A DNA stretch of 32,000 bases from Mycobacterium tuberculosis H37Rv (GCF_000195955.2 NC_000962.3:3240001-3272000), one strand, 5' to 3'; shown: positions 1 to 11,075, numbered from the stretch's first letter. Translations and numbers: made by a program. The notes: generated by a model from the sequence alone, not told the origin.

Positions 1-551
1 GAGGTGACCAGGTATGACGGCGCACCCAGCCCTCGCGCTGCAGTCAGCTCCTGCAAGCTGGTCTTCCAATCCAATCCCGCACCCAGGGTCGGCGCGGCGT
101 CCAGCAACGGGCCAAACAGCCGCAGGATCACCTCACGGGCCTTCTCCATACCGTGTTGCAGGTAGATCGCGCCCAGCAGCGATTCCATACCGTCGGCCAG
201 AATGCTGGACTTGTCGGCCCCGCCGGTGTTCGCCTCGCCGCGACCCAATAGCACGTGAACACCGAGGCCTTCCGCACAGAGGCGGCGTGCGACGTCGGCC
301 AGGGCCTGGGTGTTGACTACGCTGGCCCGCAGTTTGGCCAGATCCCCCTCCGACCGATCAGGATGACGATGGAACAGCGCGTCGGTGATGGTCAGCCCTA
401 GCACGGCATCGCCGAGAAACTCCAAACGCTCGTTGGTCGGCAGCCCGCCGTTCTCGTAGGCGTAGCTGCGGTGGGTCAACGCCAGTGAGAGCAGCTCGTC
501 CGGGAGGTCCACACCGAGTGCGTCGAGCAGGGGTTGTCGTGACCGGATCAT
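1..551 (-). CDS. rnc: Ribonuclease III, N-terminal catalytic part (3' end of the gene lies beyond the window start)
   Basis: The minus-strand frame is open from the ATG (reverse complement of 549-551) to position 1. Hand translation gives [85 protein letters not shown]...[16 protein letters not shown]. The RNase III signature [11 protein letters not shown] maps to 399-431. It is absent from the ORF track because its stop is outside the window. The ATG overlaps the stop of the upstream gene (ATGA, 548-551). Confidence 0.9.
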   Translation of the reverse strand, partial: MIRSRQPLLDALGVDLPDELLSLALTHRSYAYENGGLPTNERLEFLGDAVLGLTITDALFHRHPDRSEGDLAKLRASVVNTQALADVARRLCAEGLGVHVLLGRGEANTGGADKSSILADGMESLLGAIYLQHGMEKAREVILRLFGPLLDAAPTLGAGLDWKTSLQELTAARGLGAPSYLVT

Positions 552-1171
552 CGCTCACCTCGTAATGTGTCGGACTCCGGCCCGAGCATTTCGACCAACT
601 TCGCCCACCGCGGGTCGATCTGTTCATGGCGATGACCTGGCTCGCTGGCCAGCGGGACACCGCACTGCGGGCAAAGACCCGGGCAGTCCGGCCGGCACAC
701 CGGCGAAAACGGCAATTCCAGACCGACCGCATCGATGATCGGCTGCTCGAGATCGATGGTTTCGTCGACGACGCGTCCGACCTCGTCTTCCTCGGTGGTC
801 TCGTCGGTGGCGCTATCCGGATAGGCAAACAGTTCGGTCAGGGCTACCTGAACGCGACCCCGCACCGGGCTGAGGCAACGAGCACACTCGCCGACGGTCG
901 GGGCGGCCACGGTCCCGGTCACCAACACGCCTTCGGACACCGACTCGACCCGCAGATCCAGGTCCAGAAGGGCGCCCTGGTCAATCGCGATCAGCTCCAG
1001 CCCGATGCGTGCGGGGCTGTGCACGGTGTCATGCAGCTCGAACATCGCTCCCGGTCGTCGCCCCAACCGTGCGATGTCGACCGTCATCGGCGACGCCACA
1101 TGTCGCTGCGCAGTGGGACCGTGCTGCCTGGCCATAAGAGAAATCCTACGGCGCACGCCACCCAGATCCAC
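548..1171 (-). CDS. DUF177/YceD-family protein with two Cys pairs (Rv2926c-like)
   Basis: This is the C-terminal part of ORF-track frame 548..1522(-). The sequence ...[20 protein letters not shown]...CARCLSPV...[13 protein letters not shown]...IDPRWAKL fits the DUF177/YceD layout. The upstream part of the 324-aa ORF overlaps sepIVA and is Arg/Pro-rich off-frame sequence. The start is ambiguous. GTG at 1171 gives 207 aa, the length I recall for Rv2926c. ATG at 1135 gives 195 aa and has an AGGA about 8 nt upstream. Confidence 0.8.
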   Translation of the reverse strand: MDLGGVRRRISLMARQHGPTAQRHVASPMTVDIARLGRRPGAMFELHDTVHSPARIGLELIAIDQGALLDLDLRVESVSEGVLVTGTVAAPTVGECARCLSPVRGRVQVALTELFAYPDSATDETTEEDEVGRVVDETIDLEQPIIDAVGLELPFSPVCRPDCPGLCPQCGVPLASEPGHRHEQIDPRWAKLVEMLGPESDTLRGER

Positions 1172-1221
1172 GCCGCGTTGGGCGTTGGCCGGCGCTTGAT
1201 CCTTGCGCCGGGTGAATGGTG

Positions 1222-1959
1222 TTAGCGCACCGCGTAGTCGTGAGTGCCGGCCGCTGTGCGGAGCTGGTGGCGACCGCGGCCAACGGACCGCAGGGTGCCG
1301 TTGAGGAATTCCTCGAATTCGGCGAGCTTGTTGTCGACGTAGATATCGCATTCTCCGCGTAGCCGGTCCGCCTCGGCGTGCGCCGTGTCGACGAGGCGGG
1401 TCGATTCCGCGTTGGCCGCCGCAACCACCTCGTTCTGCGATACCAGGCGCTGCTGCTCTTTGATGCCCTCCTGCACGGCTTTCTCGTAGGAGATGTTGCC
1501 GTTTTCGATCAGCCGGTCGCATTCGGCCTGGGCGCGACTGACGCTGGCCTCGTATTCGCGTTTCGCGGCGGTGGCGATGCGAATCGCCTCCTCGCGTGCA
1601 TCGGCGACCATTCGCTCGCTGTGCTGGCGTGCCTCGCTGACCATCCGATCAGCCTGCGCCTTCGCGTCAGACAGGATCCGGTCAGCCTCGGTGCGGGCGT
1701 GGTTGAGTATCGACTCCGCCTCAGTGGTCGCCGAGGACACCATAGAGTCAGCGTGCGTCTTAGCGTCCTGCAACATCGAATCACGTGCGTCGAGGACGTC
1801 CTGCGCGTCATCCAGCTCACCGGGGATCGCATCCTTGATGTCGTCGATCAACTCCAGCACATCCCCACGCGGGACGACGCAACCTGCCGTCATCGGCACG
1901 CCTCGGGCTTCTTCGACTATGGCGCTCAATTCGTCCAGCGCTTCAAAGACTCGGTACAC
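1222..1959 (-). CDS. sepIVA: DivIVA-domain coiled-coil septal factor (Rv2927c-like, SepIVA)
   Basis: ORF track 1222..1965(-). It has an N-terminal DivIVA-like segment (VYRVFEALDELSAIVEEARGVPMTAGCVVPRGDVLELIDDIKDAIPGEL) followed by a long Ala/Glu/Arg-rich heptad-like coiled coil. Two in-frame GTGs are possible, at 1965 and 1959. The GGAGG (reverse complement of about 1968-1972) is only 2 nt from the first GTG but 8 nt from the second, so I prefer 1959 (245 aa). Confidence 0.8.
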   Translation of the reverse strand: MYRVFEALDELSAIVEEARGVPMTAGCVVPRGDVLELIDDIKDAIPGELDDAQDVLDARDSMLQDAKTHADSMVSSATTEAESILNHARTEADRILSDAKAQADRMVSEARQHSERMVADAREEAIRIATAAKREYEASVSRAQAECDRLIENGNISYEKAVQEGIKEQQRLVSQNEVVAAANAESTRLVDTAHAEADRLRGECDIYVDNKLAEFEEFLNGTLRSVGRGRHQLRTAAGTHDYAVR

Positions 1960-1965
1960 GGCCAC

Positions 1966-3281
<1,316 letters not shown>

Positions 3282-3696
3282 CTACCAATTCGTCACCGGC
3301 ATCGCACACGTCACACCAACCACAGCGGACGCGGCACGGCACGCGGAAGGGACGTTAGACTCGGCTAGCACCACCACCGTGCCCAGGCAACGACGCCGGC
3401 CGTCGCTAAGAAATTTGGTTGACTTCATGAATAAGGCCGCGCCCGCCCCGACAAATGATTACCTTACATTTGCGGGCTAGGCATAGCGGAGCAGGGGTTT
3501 TAGTCTAGGGGGAGATCGGCTGGCGCTGCGCAGACATGCTGCGGAAGCAGAACTGCGTAATCGTCAGGTGGCTTGGTCAGTTCAGACCGGCACGTTTCAG
3601 AGCGGTGGGGATGTCCCGACGTGCGATCCGACAGGGGTTCGCAGGGTCCGCAAAAAACATAGTGAACGCCAGAAAGCCGAATGGGAGTACAAGGCG
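3282..3696 (+). promoter_or_regulatory. fadD26-pps upstream region (promoter plus leader)
   Basis: This is about 415 bp without a credible ORF, ahead of a roughly 28-kb co-directional gene string. An AT-rich patch at about 3405-3510 contains TTGACT (3419-3424) and TAnnnT hexamers tacatt (3465-3470) and tagtct (3501-3506). A GGGAG/AAGG Shine-Dalgarno lies at 3683-3694, before the ATG at 3697. The exact promoter is not determinable here. Confidence 0.35.
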
Positions 3697-5448
3697 ATGC
3701 CGGTGACCGACCGTTCAGTGCCCTCTTTGCTGCAAGAGAGGGCCGACCAGCAGCCTGACAGCACTGCATATACGTACATCGACTACGGATCCGACCCCAA
3801 GGGATTTGCTGACAGCTTGACTTGGTCGCAGGTCTACAGTCGTGCATGCATCATTGCTGAAGAACTCAAGTTATGCGGGTTACCCGGAGATCGAGTGGCG
3901 GTTTTAGCGCCACAAGGACTGGAATATGTCCTTGCATTCCTGGGCGCACTTCAGGCTGGATTTATCGCGGTTCCGCTGTCAACTCCACAGTATGGCATTC
4001 ACGATGACCGCGTTTCTGCGGTGTTGCAGGATTCCAAGCCGGTAGCCATTCTCACGACTTCGTCCGTGGTAGGCGATGTAACGAAATACGCAGCCAGCCA
4101 CGACGGGCAGCCTGCCCCGGTCGTAGTTGAGGTTGATCTGCTTGATTTGGACTCGCCGCGACAGATGCCGGCTTTCTCTCGTCAGCACACCGGGGCGGCT
4201 TATCTCCAATACACGTCCGGATCGACGCGTACGCCGGCCGGAGTCATTGTGTCGCACACGAATGTCATTGCCAATGTGACACAAAGTATGTACGGCTATT
4301 TCGGCGATCCCGCAAAGATTCCGACCGGGACTGTGGTGTCGTGGCTGCCTTTGTATCACGATATGGGCCTGATTCTCGGAATTTGCGCACCGCTGGTGGC
4401 CCGACGCCGCGCGATGTTGATGAGCCCAATGTCATTTTTGCGCCGTCCGGCCCGCTGGATGCAACTGCTTGCCACCAGCGGCCGGTGCTTTTCTGCGGCA
4501 CCGAATTTCGCCTTCGAGCTGGCCGTGCGCAGAACATCTGACCAGGACATGGCGGGGCTCGACCTGCGCGACGTGGTCGGCATCGTCAGTGGCAGTGAGC
4601 GAATCCATGTGGCAACCGTGCGGCGGTTCATCGAGCGGTTCGCGCCGTACAATCTCAGCCCCACCGCGATACGGCCGTCGTACGGGCTCGCGGAAGCGAC
4701 CTTATATGTGGCAGCTCCCGAAGCCGGCGCCGCGCCCAAGACGGTCCGTTTTGACTACGAGCAGCTGACCGCCGGGCAGGCTCGGCCCTGCGGAACCGAT
4801 GGGTCGGTCGGCACCGAACTGATCAGCTACGGCTCCCCCGACCCATCGTCTGTGCGAATCGTCAACCCGGAGACCATGGTTGAGAATCCGCCTGGAGTGG
4901 TCGGTGAGATCTGGGTGCATGGCGACCACGTGACTATGGGGTATTGGCAGAAGCCGAAGCAGACCGCGCAGGTCTTCGACGCCAAGCTGGTCGATCCCGC
5001 GCCGGCAGCCCCGGAGGGGCCGTGGCTGCGCACCGGCGACCTGGGCGTCATTTCCGATGGTGAGCTGTTCATCATGGGCCGCATCAAAGACCTGCTCATC
5101 GTGGACGGGCGCAACCACTACCCCGACGACATCGAGGCAACGATCCAGGAGATCACCGGTGGACGGGCCGCGGCGATCGCAGTGCCCGACGACATCACCG
5201 AACAACTGGTGGCGATCATCGAATTCAAGCGACGCGGTAGTACCGCCGAAGAGGTCATGCTCAAGCTCCGCTCGGTGAAGCGTGAGGTCACCTCCGCGAT
5301 ATCGAAGTCACACAGCCTGCGGGTGGCCGATCTCGTTCTGGTGTCACCTGGTTCGATTCCCATCACCACCAGCGGCAAGATCCGGCGGTCAGCCTGCGTC
5401 GAACGCTATCGCAGCGACGGCTTCAAGCGGCTGGACGTAGCCGTATGA
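3697..5448 (+). CDS. fadD26: Long-chain fatty acyl-AMP ligase (FAAL) that loads PpsA
   Basis: ORF track 3568..5448. The internal ATG at 3697 (MPVTDRSVPSLLQERA..., 583 aa) has a Shine-Dalgarno sequence, and the 43 upstream codons lack adenylation-domain similarity. The AMP-binding core YLQYTSGSTRTPAGV is at 4201-4245, and later cores are GELFIMGRIKDLLIVDGRNHYP and SGKIRR. The stop overlaps the ppsA start (ATGA, 5445-5448). Confidence 0.93.
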   Translation: MPVTDRSVPSLLQERADQQPDSTAYTYIDYGSDPKGFADSLTWSQVYSRACIIAEELKLCGLPGDRVAVLAPQGLEYVLAFLGALQAGFIAVPLSTPQYGIHDDRVSAVLQDSKPVAILTTSSVVGDVTKYAASHDGQPAPVVVEVDLLDLDSPRQMPAFSRQHTGAAYLQYTSGSTRTPAGVIVSHTNVIANVTQSMYGYFGDPAKIPTGTVVSWLPLYHDMGLILGICAPLVARRRAMLMSPMSFLRRPARWMQLLATSGRCFSAAPNFAFELAVRRTSDQDMAGLDLRDVVGIVSGSERIHVATVRRFIERFAPYNLSPTAIRPSYGLAEATLYVAAPEAGAAPKTVRFDYEQLTAGQARPCGTDGSVGTELISYGSPDPSSVRIVNPETMVENPPGVVGEIWVHGDHVTMGYWQKPKQTAQVFDAKLVDPAPAAPEGPWLRTGDLGVISDGELFIMGRIKDLLIVDGRNHYPDDIEATIQEITGGRAAAIAVPDDITEQLVAIIEFKRRGSTAEEVMLKLRSVKREVTSAISKSHSLRVADLVLVSPGSIPITTSGKIRRSACVERYRSDGFKRLDVAV

Positions 5449-8400
5449 CGGGAAGCATCAGTGGTGAAGCCGACCTTCGCCACTGGCTAATCGACTACCT
5501 AGTAACCAATATCGGCTGCACACCTGACGAGGTGGACCCCGATCTGTCGCTTGCCGACCTCGGCGTCAGCTCCCGCGACGCGGTCGTACTGTCCGGCGAA
5601 CTGTCAGAGCTGCTGGGCAGGACCGTATCGCCGATTGACTTCTGGGAGCACCCGACGATCAACGCGCTGGCCGCGTATCTGGCCGCACCCGAGCCGAGCC
5701 CCGACTCCGACGCCGCAGTCAAGCGTGGTGCCCGGAACTCACTCGACGAGCCAATCGCCGTCGTCGGCATGGGATGTCGTTTCCCTGGCGGGATTTCGTG
5801 CCCAGAAGCATTGTGGGACTTTCTCTGTGAACGCCGTTCCTCGATCAGCCAGGTGCCGCCGCAACGATGGCAGCCCTTCGAAGGCGGGCCACCCGAGGTA
5901 GCCGCGGCGCTAGCGCGCACTACACGGTGGGGCTCATTTTTGCCCGACATCGACGCCTTCGACGCGGAATTCTTCGAGATCTCCCCCAGCGAAGCCGACA
6001 AGATGGACCCCCAGCAACGCCTGCTGCTGGAAGTGGCCTGGGAAGCGTTGGAGCACGCGGGAATCCCGCCCGGCACGCTGCGCCGCTCGGCAACAGGAGT
6101 GTTTGCCGGGGCATGCCTGAGCGAATACGGTGCGATGGCTTCCGCCGATCTGTCGCAGGTCGATGGTTGGAGCAATAGCGGTGGCGCGATGAGCATCATC
6201 GCCAACCGCCTCTCGTATTTCCTTGACCTGCGCGGCCCGTCGGTGGCGGTAGACACCGCATGCTCGTCGTCGTTGGTAGCGATCCACCTGGCCTGCCAGA
6301 GCCTTCGGACCCAGGACTGTCACCTGGCAATCGCAGCCGGCGTGAATTTGTTGTTGTCCCCGGCGGTATTTCGCGGTTTCGACCAAGTCGGCGCCTTGTC
6401 CCCGACAGGTCAGTGCCGTGCGTTCGATGCGACCGCCGACGGGTTTGTCCGCGGCGAGGGTGCCGGGGTAGTGGTGCTCAAGCGGTTGACCGATGCACAG
6501 CGCGACGGGGATCGGGTGCTTGCGGTGATCTGCGGTTCTGCGGTCAACCAGGACGGCCGATCCAACGGGCTGATGGCCCCCAACCCAGCGGCCCAGATGG
6601 CGGTGCTGCGTGCCGCCTACACCAACGCGGGGATGCAGCCCAGCGAGGTCGACTACGTCGAAGCGCACGGAACAGGGACGCTGTTGGGCGACCCGATCGA
6701 AGCCCGCGCTCTCGGAACGGTGCTGGGTCGCGGCCGGCCCGAGGATTCTCCGTTGCTCATCGGCTCTGTCAAGACCAACCTCGGTCACACCGAGGCTGCG
6801 GCTGGAATCGCGGGCTTCATCAAGACGGTGCTGGCTGTGCAGCATGGCCAGATTCCGCCAAATCAGCACTTCGAAACCGCGAACCCGCACATTCCCTTTA
6901 CCGACTTGCGGATGAAAGTCGTTGACACACAAACTGAATGGCCGGCAACGGGCCATCCCCGCCGTGCCGGTGTGTCGTCGTTCGGCTTCGGTGGCACAAA
7001 CGCGCACGTGGTGATCGAGCAGGGCCAGGAGGTGCGCCCCGCGCCTGGACAAGGCTTAAGTCCGGCGGTGTCGACCCTGGTAGTGGCCGGCAAGACTATG
7101 CAGCGGGTGTCCGCGACCGCGGGGATGCTAGCCGATTGGATGGAAGGGCCCGGCGCTGACGTGGCCTTGGCCGACGTGGCCCACACCCTCAATCACCACC
7201 GATCGCGGCAACCCAAGTTCGGCACGGTGGTGGCCCGTGACCGTACCCAGGCGATAGCCGGATTGCGTGCGCTGGCCGCCGGCCAACACGCCCCCGGCGT
7301 GGTCAACCCTGCCGACGGCTCGCCGGGGCCGGGCACCGTGTTCGTCTACTCCGGCCGCGGTTCACAGTGGGCTGGCATGGGCCGTCAATTGTTGGCCGAC
7401 GAGCCGGCTTTCGCGGCCGCGGTCGCCGAATTGGAACCGGTGTTTGTCGAGCAAGCCGGCTTTTCGTTGCACGACGTGCTGGCTAACGGCGAGGAACTGG
7501 TCGGTATCGAGCAGATTCAGCTCGGGTTGATCGGGATGCAGCTGGCCCTGACCGAATTATGGTGTTCCTACGGGGTGCGGCCCGACCTGGTGATCGGCCA
7601 CTCCATGGGCGAGGTGGCCGCCGCCGTGGTCGCCGGGGCACTGACCCCGGCCGAGGGTCTGCGGGTGACCGCCACCCGGTCACGGCTGATGGCACCGTTG
7701 TCCGGCCAGGGCGGCATGGCACTGCTGGAACTCGACGCGCCCACTACCGAGGCGTTGATTGCCGACTTCCCACAGGTGACGCTCGGTATTTACAACTCAC
7801 CACGGCAAACGGTGATCGCCGGGCCCACCGAGCAGATCGATGAGTTGATCGCCCGGGTGCGCGCGCAAAACCGGTTTGCCAGTCGGGTCAATATCGAAGT
7901 GGCCCCGCACAATCCGGCCATGGATGCTTTGCAGCCGGCGATGCGTTCGGAGCTGGCCGATCTGACCCCACGGACCCCCACCATCGGAATCATCTCCACC
8001 ACCTACGCAGACTTGCACACCCAACCGGTCTTCGACGCCGAACACTGGGCCACCAACATGCGCAACCCCGTGCGCTTCCAGCAGGCCATCGCTTCCGCCG
8101 GTAGCGGCGCCGACGGCGCCTACCACACCTTCATCGAAATCAGCGCACACCCGCTGCTGACCCAGGCCATCATCGACACTCTGCACAGCGCTCAACCCGG
8201 AGCCAGATACACCAGCCTCGGGACCCTGCAACGCGACACCGACGACGTCGTGACCTTCCGGACCAACCTCAACAAGGCCCACACCATCCACCCACCGCAC
8301 ACCCCCCACCCCCCCGAGCCACATCCGCCCATCCCCACCACCCCGTGGCAACACACCCGTCACTGGATCACCACCAAATATCCGGCCGGCTCTGTTGGAT

Positions 8401-11075
8401 CGGCCCCCCGAGCGGGCACACTGCTCGGCCAACACACCACCGTCGCCACGGTCTCAGCGAGTCCGCCCTCCCACCTCTGGCAAGCAAGGCTGGCTCCGGA
8501 CGCCAAGCCGTACCAGGGCGGTCATCGATTCCACCAAGTCGAGGTGGTCCCAGCTTCTGTTGTGCTGCACACAATCCTTTCCGCTGCAACAGAATTGGGC
8601 TACTCCGCGTTGTCCGAGGTCCGATTCGAGCAACCCATTTTCGCCGACCGGCCACGTCTAATCCAGGTCGTCGCCGACAACCGGGCGATCAGCCTGGCCT
8701 CGAGTCCGGCTGCCGGAACACCCTCAGACCGGTGGACGCGGCATGTTACCGCACAACTTTCCTCGTCACCGTCGGATTCGGCCAGCAGCTTGAACGAGCA
8801 CCATCGCGCCAACGGGCAGCCGCCCGAACGTGCTCACCGCGACCTGATTCCCGACCTGGCCGAGCTGCTCGCAATGCGCGGCATCGATGGCCTGCCTTTC
8901 TCATGGACCGTCGCGTCGTGGACACAGCACTCGAGCAACCTCACGGTTGCGATCGATCTCCCCGAAGCTCTGCCCGAAGGGTCGACTGGGCCGCTCCTTG
9001 ACGCCGCGGTGCACCTCGCCGCGCTATCGGACGTCGCTGATTCGCGGCTCTACGTGCCGGCAAGCATCGAGCAGATATCGCTCGGCGATGTCGTCACCGG
9101 GCCGCGTAGCTCGGTGACGCTGAACCGCACCGCTCACGACGACGACGGGATCACCGTCGATGTCACCGTTGCAGCCCACGGCGAAGTGCCGTCCCTGTCG
9201 ATGAGGTCGCTTCGATACCGGGCTCTGGACTTTGGCCTAGACGTTGGTAGGGCGCAACCGCCCGCGTCGACCGGTCCGGTCGAGGCCTACTGTGATGCCA
9301 CCAATTTCGTACACACGATCGACTGGCAACCGCAGACCGTTCCGGACGCGACGCACCCAGGGGCCGAACAGGTAACCCATCCAGGACCCGTCGCGATAAT
9401 CGGCGATGACGGCGCAGCGCTGTGTGAGACCCTCGAAGGGGCGGGCTACCAGCCGGCCGTGATGTCCGATGGGGTGTCGCAGGCCCGCTACGTCGTTTAC
9501 GTCGCGGATTCTGATCCGGCTGGCGCCGACGAGACCGACGTCGACTTCGCCGTCCGGATCTGTACCGAAATCACCGGTCTGGTGCGGACTCTCGCGGAAC
9601 GCGATGCGGATAAGCCCGCGGCGCTATGGATCCTCACCCGCGGAGTTCACGAATCGGTCGCCCCGTCCGCGCTGCGCCAGAGTTTCCTGTGGGGCCTTGC
9701 CGGTGTCATCGCCGCCGAACATCCCGAGCTGTGGGGCGGACTGGTCGATCTCGCGATCAACGACGACTTAGGCGAATTCGGGCCGGCACTTGCCGAACTG
9801 CTTGCCAAACCAAGCAAGTCGATCTTGGTGCGTCGTGACGGCGTGGTGCTCGCCCCGGCCTTGGCTCCCGTCCGTGGCGAGCCGGCGCGCAAGTCCTTGC
9901 AGTGCAGGCCCGACGCGGCCTACCTCATCACCGGCGGCCTGGGCGCCCTTGGCCTGCTGATGGCCGATTGGCTCGCCGACCGCGGCGCTCATCGATTGGT
10001 GTTGACCGGCCGCACGCCATTGCCGCCACGGCGGGACTGGCAACTCGACACCCTCGACACCGAGCTGCGCCGGAGGATCGACGCGATCCGCGCCCTGGAA
10101 ATGCGCGGGGTGACTGTCGAAGCCGTCGCCGCCGACGTCGGCTGCCGCGAAGACGTGCAGGCCCTGTTGGCCGCGCGCGACCGTGACGGAGCGGCACCGA
10201 TCCGCGGGATCATCCACGCCGCGGGCATTACCAACGATCAATTGGTGACGAGCATGACCGGCGATGCGGTGCGACAGGTTATGTGGCCGAAGATCGGCGG
10301 CAGCCAGGTCCTACACGACGCATTTCCGCCCGGCAGCGTGGACTTCTTCTACTTGACCGCCTCGGCTGCCGGGATATTCGGCATTCCAGGGCAGGGTTCC
10401 TACGCCGCCGCCAATTCCTACTTGGACGCGCTGGCGCGGGCGCGCCGGCAACAGGGCTGCCACACCATGAGCCTCGACTGGGTAGCCTGGCGGGGGCTCG
10501 GATTGGCCGCGGACGCCCAGCTCGTCAGCGAAGAGCTAGCGCGAATGGGTTCGCGTGACATCACGCCGTCGGAGGCATTCACCGCTTGGGAATTCGTCGA
10601 TGGCTACGACGTCGCGCAAGCGGTCGTGGTGCCCATGCCCGCTCCGGCGGGCGCCGATGGATCCGGTGCGAACGCTTACCTATTGCCGGCGCGGAACTGG
10701 TCGGTGATGGCAGCGACCGAGGTGCGATCCGAGCTCGAACAGGGGTTACGCCGCATCATTGCAGCCGAGCTGCGAGTGCCTGAGAAAGAGCTGGACACCG
10801 ACCGCCCGTTCGCCGAGTTGGGTCTCAATTCCCTTATGGCAATGGCGATTCGGCGCGAGGCCGAGCAGTTTGTCGGCATCGAGTTGTCTGCCACCATGTT
10901 GTTCAACCACCCAACGGTCAAATCACTCGCCAGCTACCTTGCCAAACGTGTGGCACCGCACGATGTGTCACAAGACAACCAGATTTCCGCGCTATCCTCG
11001 TCGGCCGGAAGTGTGTTGGACAGTCTATTCGATCGCATCGAATCGGCGCCGCCTGAGGCCGAGAGGTCGGTGTGA
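5445..11075 (+). CDS. ppsA: Phthiocerol/phenolphthiocerol synthase module 1: ACP-KS-AT-(degenerate DH)-KR-ACP
   Basis: 1876-aa ORF.
- N-terminal carrier [10 protein letters not shown] (Ser about 5568-5573)
- KS Cys in DTACSSS at 6261-6263, with EAHGTGT and KTNLGHTE His motifs
- AT GHSMGE, Ser at 7602-7604
- KR Rossmann motif GGLGALG at 9933-9953, and GSYAAAN
- C-terminal ACP LGLNSL, Ser at 10830-10832. Confidence 0.95.
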   Translation: MTGSISGEADLRHWLIDYLVTNIGCTPDEVDPDLSLADLGVSSRDAVVLSGELSELLGRTVSPIDFWEHPTINALAAYLAAPEPSPDSDAAVKRGARNSLDEPIAVVGMGCRFPGGISCPEALWDFLCERRSSISQVPPQRWQPFEGGPPEVAAALARTTRWGSFLPDIDAFDAEFFEISPSEADKMDPQQRLLLEVAWEALEHAGIPPGTLRRSATGVFAGACLSEYGAMASADLSQVDGWSNSGGAMSIIANRLSYFLDLRGPSVAVDTACSSSLVAIHLACQSLRTQDCHLAIAAGVNLLLSPAVFRGFDQVGALSPTGQCRAFDATADGFVRGEGAGVVVLKRLTDAQRDGDRVLAVICGSAVNQDGRSNGLMAPNPAAQMAVLRAAYTNAGMQPSEVDYVEAHGTGTLLGDPIEARALGTVLGRGRPEDSPLLIGSVKTNLGHTEAAAGIAGFIKTVLAVQHGQIPPNQHFETANPHIPFTDLRMKVVDTQTEWPATGHPRRAGVSSFGFGGTNAHVVIEQGQEVRPAPGQGLSPAVSTLVVAGKTMQRVSATAGMLADWMEGPGADVALADVAHTLNHHRSRQPKFGTVVARDRTQAIAGLRALAAGQHAPGVVNPADGSPGPGTVFVYSGRGSQWAGMGRQLLADEPAFAAAVAELEPVFVEQAGFSLHDVLANGEELVGIEQIQLGLIGMQLALTELWCSYGVRPDLVIGHSMGEVAAAVVAGALTPAEGLRVTATRSRLMAPLSGQGGMALLELDAPTTEALIADFPQVTLGIYNSPRQTVIAGPTEQIDELIARVRAQNRFASRVNIEVAPHNPAMDALQPAMRSELADLTPRTPTIGIISTTYADLHTQPVFDAEHWATNMRNPVRFQQAIASAGSGADGAYHTFIEISAHPLLTQAIIDTLHSAQPGARYTSLGTLQRDTDDVVTFRTNLNKAHTIHPPHTPHPPEPHPPIPTTPWQHTRHWITTKYPAGSVGSAPRAGTLLGQHTTVATVSASPPSHLWQARLAPDAKPYQGGHRFHQVEVVPASVVLHTILSAATELGYSALSEVRFEQPIFADRPRLIQVVADNRAISLASSPAAGTPSDRWTRHVTAQLSSSPSDSASSLNEHHRANGQPPERAHRDLIPDLAELLAMRGIDGLPFSWTVASWTQHSSNLTVAIDLPEALPEGSTGPLLDAAVHLAALSDVADSRLYVPASIEQISLGDVVTGPRSSVTLNRTAHDDDGITVDVTVAAHGEVPSLSMRSLRYRALDFGLDVGRAQPPASTGPVEAYCDATNFVHTIDWQPQTVPDATHPGAEQVTHPGPVAIIGDDGAALCETLEGAGYQPAVMSDGVSQARYVVYVADSDPAGADETDVDFAVRICTEITGLVRTLAERDADKPAALWILTRGVHESVAPSALRQSFLWGLAGVIAAEHPELWGGLVDLAINDDLGEFGPALAELLAKPSKSILVRRDGVVLAPALAPVRGEPARKSLQCRPDAAYLITGGLGALGLLMADWLADRGAHRLVLTGRTPLPPRRDWQLDTLDTELRRRIDAIRALEMRGVTVEAVAADVGCREDVQALLAARDRDGAAPIRGIIHAAGITNDQLVTSMTGDAVRQVMWPKIGGSQVLHDAFPPGSVDFFYLTASAAGIFGIPGQGSYAAANSYLDALARARRQQGCHTMSLDWVAWRGLGLAADAQLVSEELARMGSRDITPSEAFTAWEFVDGYDVAQAVVVPMPAPAGADGSGANAYLLPARNWSVMAATEVRSELEQGLRRIIAAELRVPEKELDTDRPFAELGLNSLMAMAIRREAEQFVGIELSATMLFNHPTVKSLASYLAKRVAPHDVSQDNQISALSSSAGSVLDSLFDRIESAPPEAERSV
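7068..8370 (+). repeat. AT-domain cassette, copy A (in ppsA)
   Basis: This copy is colinear with 12482-13796 at a constant offset of 5414 nt, with no indels up to about 8170. The core 7836-8168 differs from 13250-13582 at about six positions by my eye count. The same repeat produces the twin antisense ORFs 7790..8002 and 13204..13416 in the ORF track. Confidence 0.85.
8415..9235 (+). other. Degenerate dehydratase-like double-hotdog region inside PpsA
   Basis: It aligns by eye to the PpsC and PpsD DH domains:
- GTLLG in place of HPLLG
- [10 protein letters not shown] (8523-8552) in place of HxxxGxxxxP
- WTRHVTAQL against WTTHATATV
- [10 protein letters not shown] in place of the YGP motif
- LLDAAVHL (Asp 9000-9002, His 9012-9014) in place of DxxxQ
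PpsB has no counterpart, which accounts for much of the size difference. Confidence 0.55.

Noticed and set aside
14-316. A 100-aa plus-strand ORF at the window start.
   Set aside because: It is antisense to the clearly recognisable rnc catalytic domain and has a low-complexity Pro/Arg/Ala composition.
1136-1522. N-terminal extension of the DUF177 ORF to 324 aa (start at 1522).
   Set aside because: The extension overlaps the 3' end of sepIVA in another frame and is Arg/Pro-rich junk with no DUF177 similarity. Plausible starts exist at 1171 (GTG) and 1135 (ATG with AGGA).
3360-3400. A short inverted repeat, CGACG..CGTCG, near 3390-3410, and the 8-bp palindrome CTGCGCAG near 3524-3531, considered as operator sites or terminators.
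   Set aside because: Stems of 5-8 bp are expected by chance in GC-rich DNA. There is no U-tract and no repeated half-site pattern to support a call.
3568-3696. A 43-codon N-terminal extension of fadD26 from the ATG at 3568.
   Set aside because: There is no ribosome-binding site and no adenylation-domain similarity in the extension. The ATG at 3697 has a GGGAG/AAGG Shine-Dalgarno sequence and gives the 583-aa length I recall for FadD26.
5934-7052. Long antisense or off-frame ORFs inside the pps genes. Examples are 5934..7052(-) 372 aa, 11651..12868(-) 405 aa, 13169..14167(-) 332 aa, 20809..21810(-) 333 aa, 25808..26923(-) 371 aa, 25355..26464(+) 369 aa and 27410..28279(-) 289 aa.
   Set aside because: All lie wholly within strongly supported PKS reading frames. 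They are Arg/Pro/Gly/Ala-rich with no recognisable motifs. Stop-poor alternative frames are expected in DNA of about 65% GC.
7790-8002. A possible small-gene family: near-identical 70-aa minus-strand ORFs at 7790..8002 and 13204..13416, with a related one at 17850..18062.
   Set aside because: They are antisense shadows of the repeated AT-domain cassette in ppsA, ppsB and ppsC. Their conservation is explained by the sense-strand repeat.
8280-8350. The Pro/His-rich [23 protein letters not shown] segment, also at about 13720-13790 and 18340-18415, considered as a tandem repeat, a PE/PPE-like element or an inserted element.
   Set aside because: It is the conserved post-AT interdomain linker, ending in TPWQHxxHWI in PpsA-C and TPWHHQRFWV in PpsD. 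It is in frame and is part of the AT cassette. Only its homopolymer C tracts are reported as a finding.
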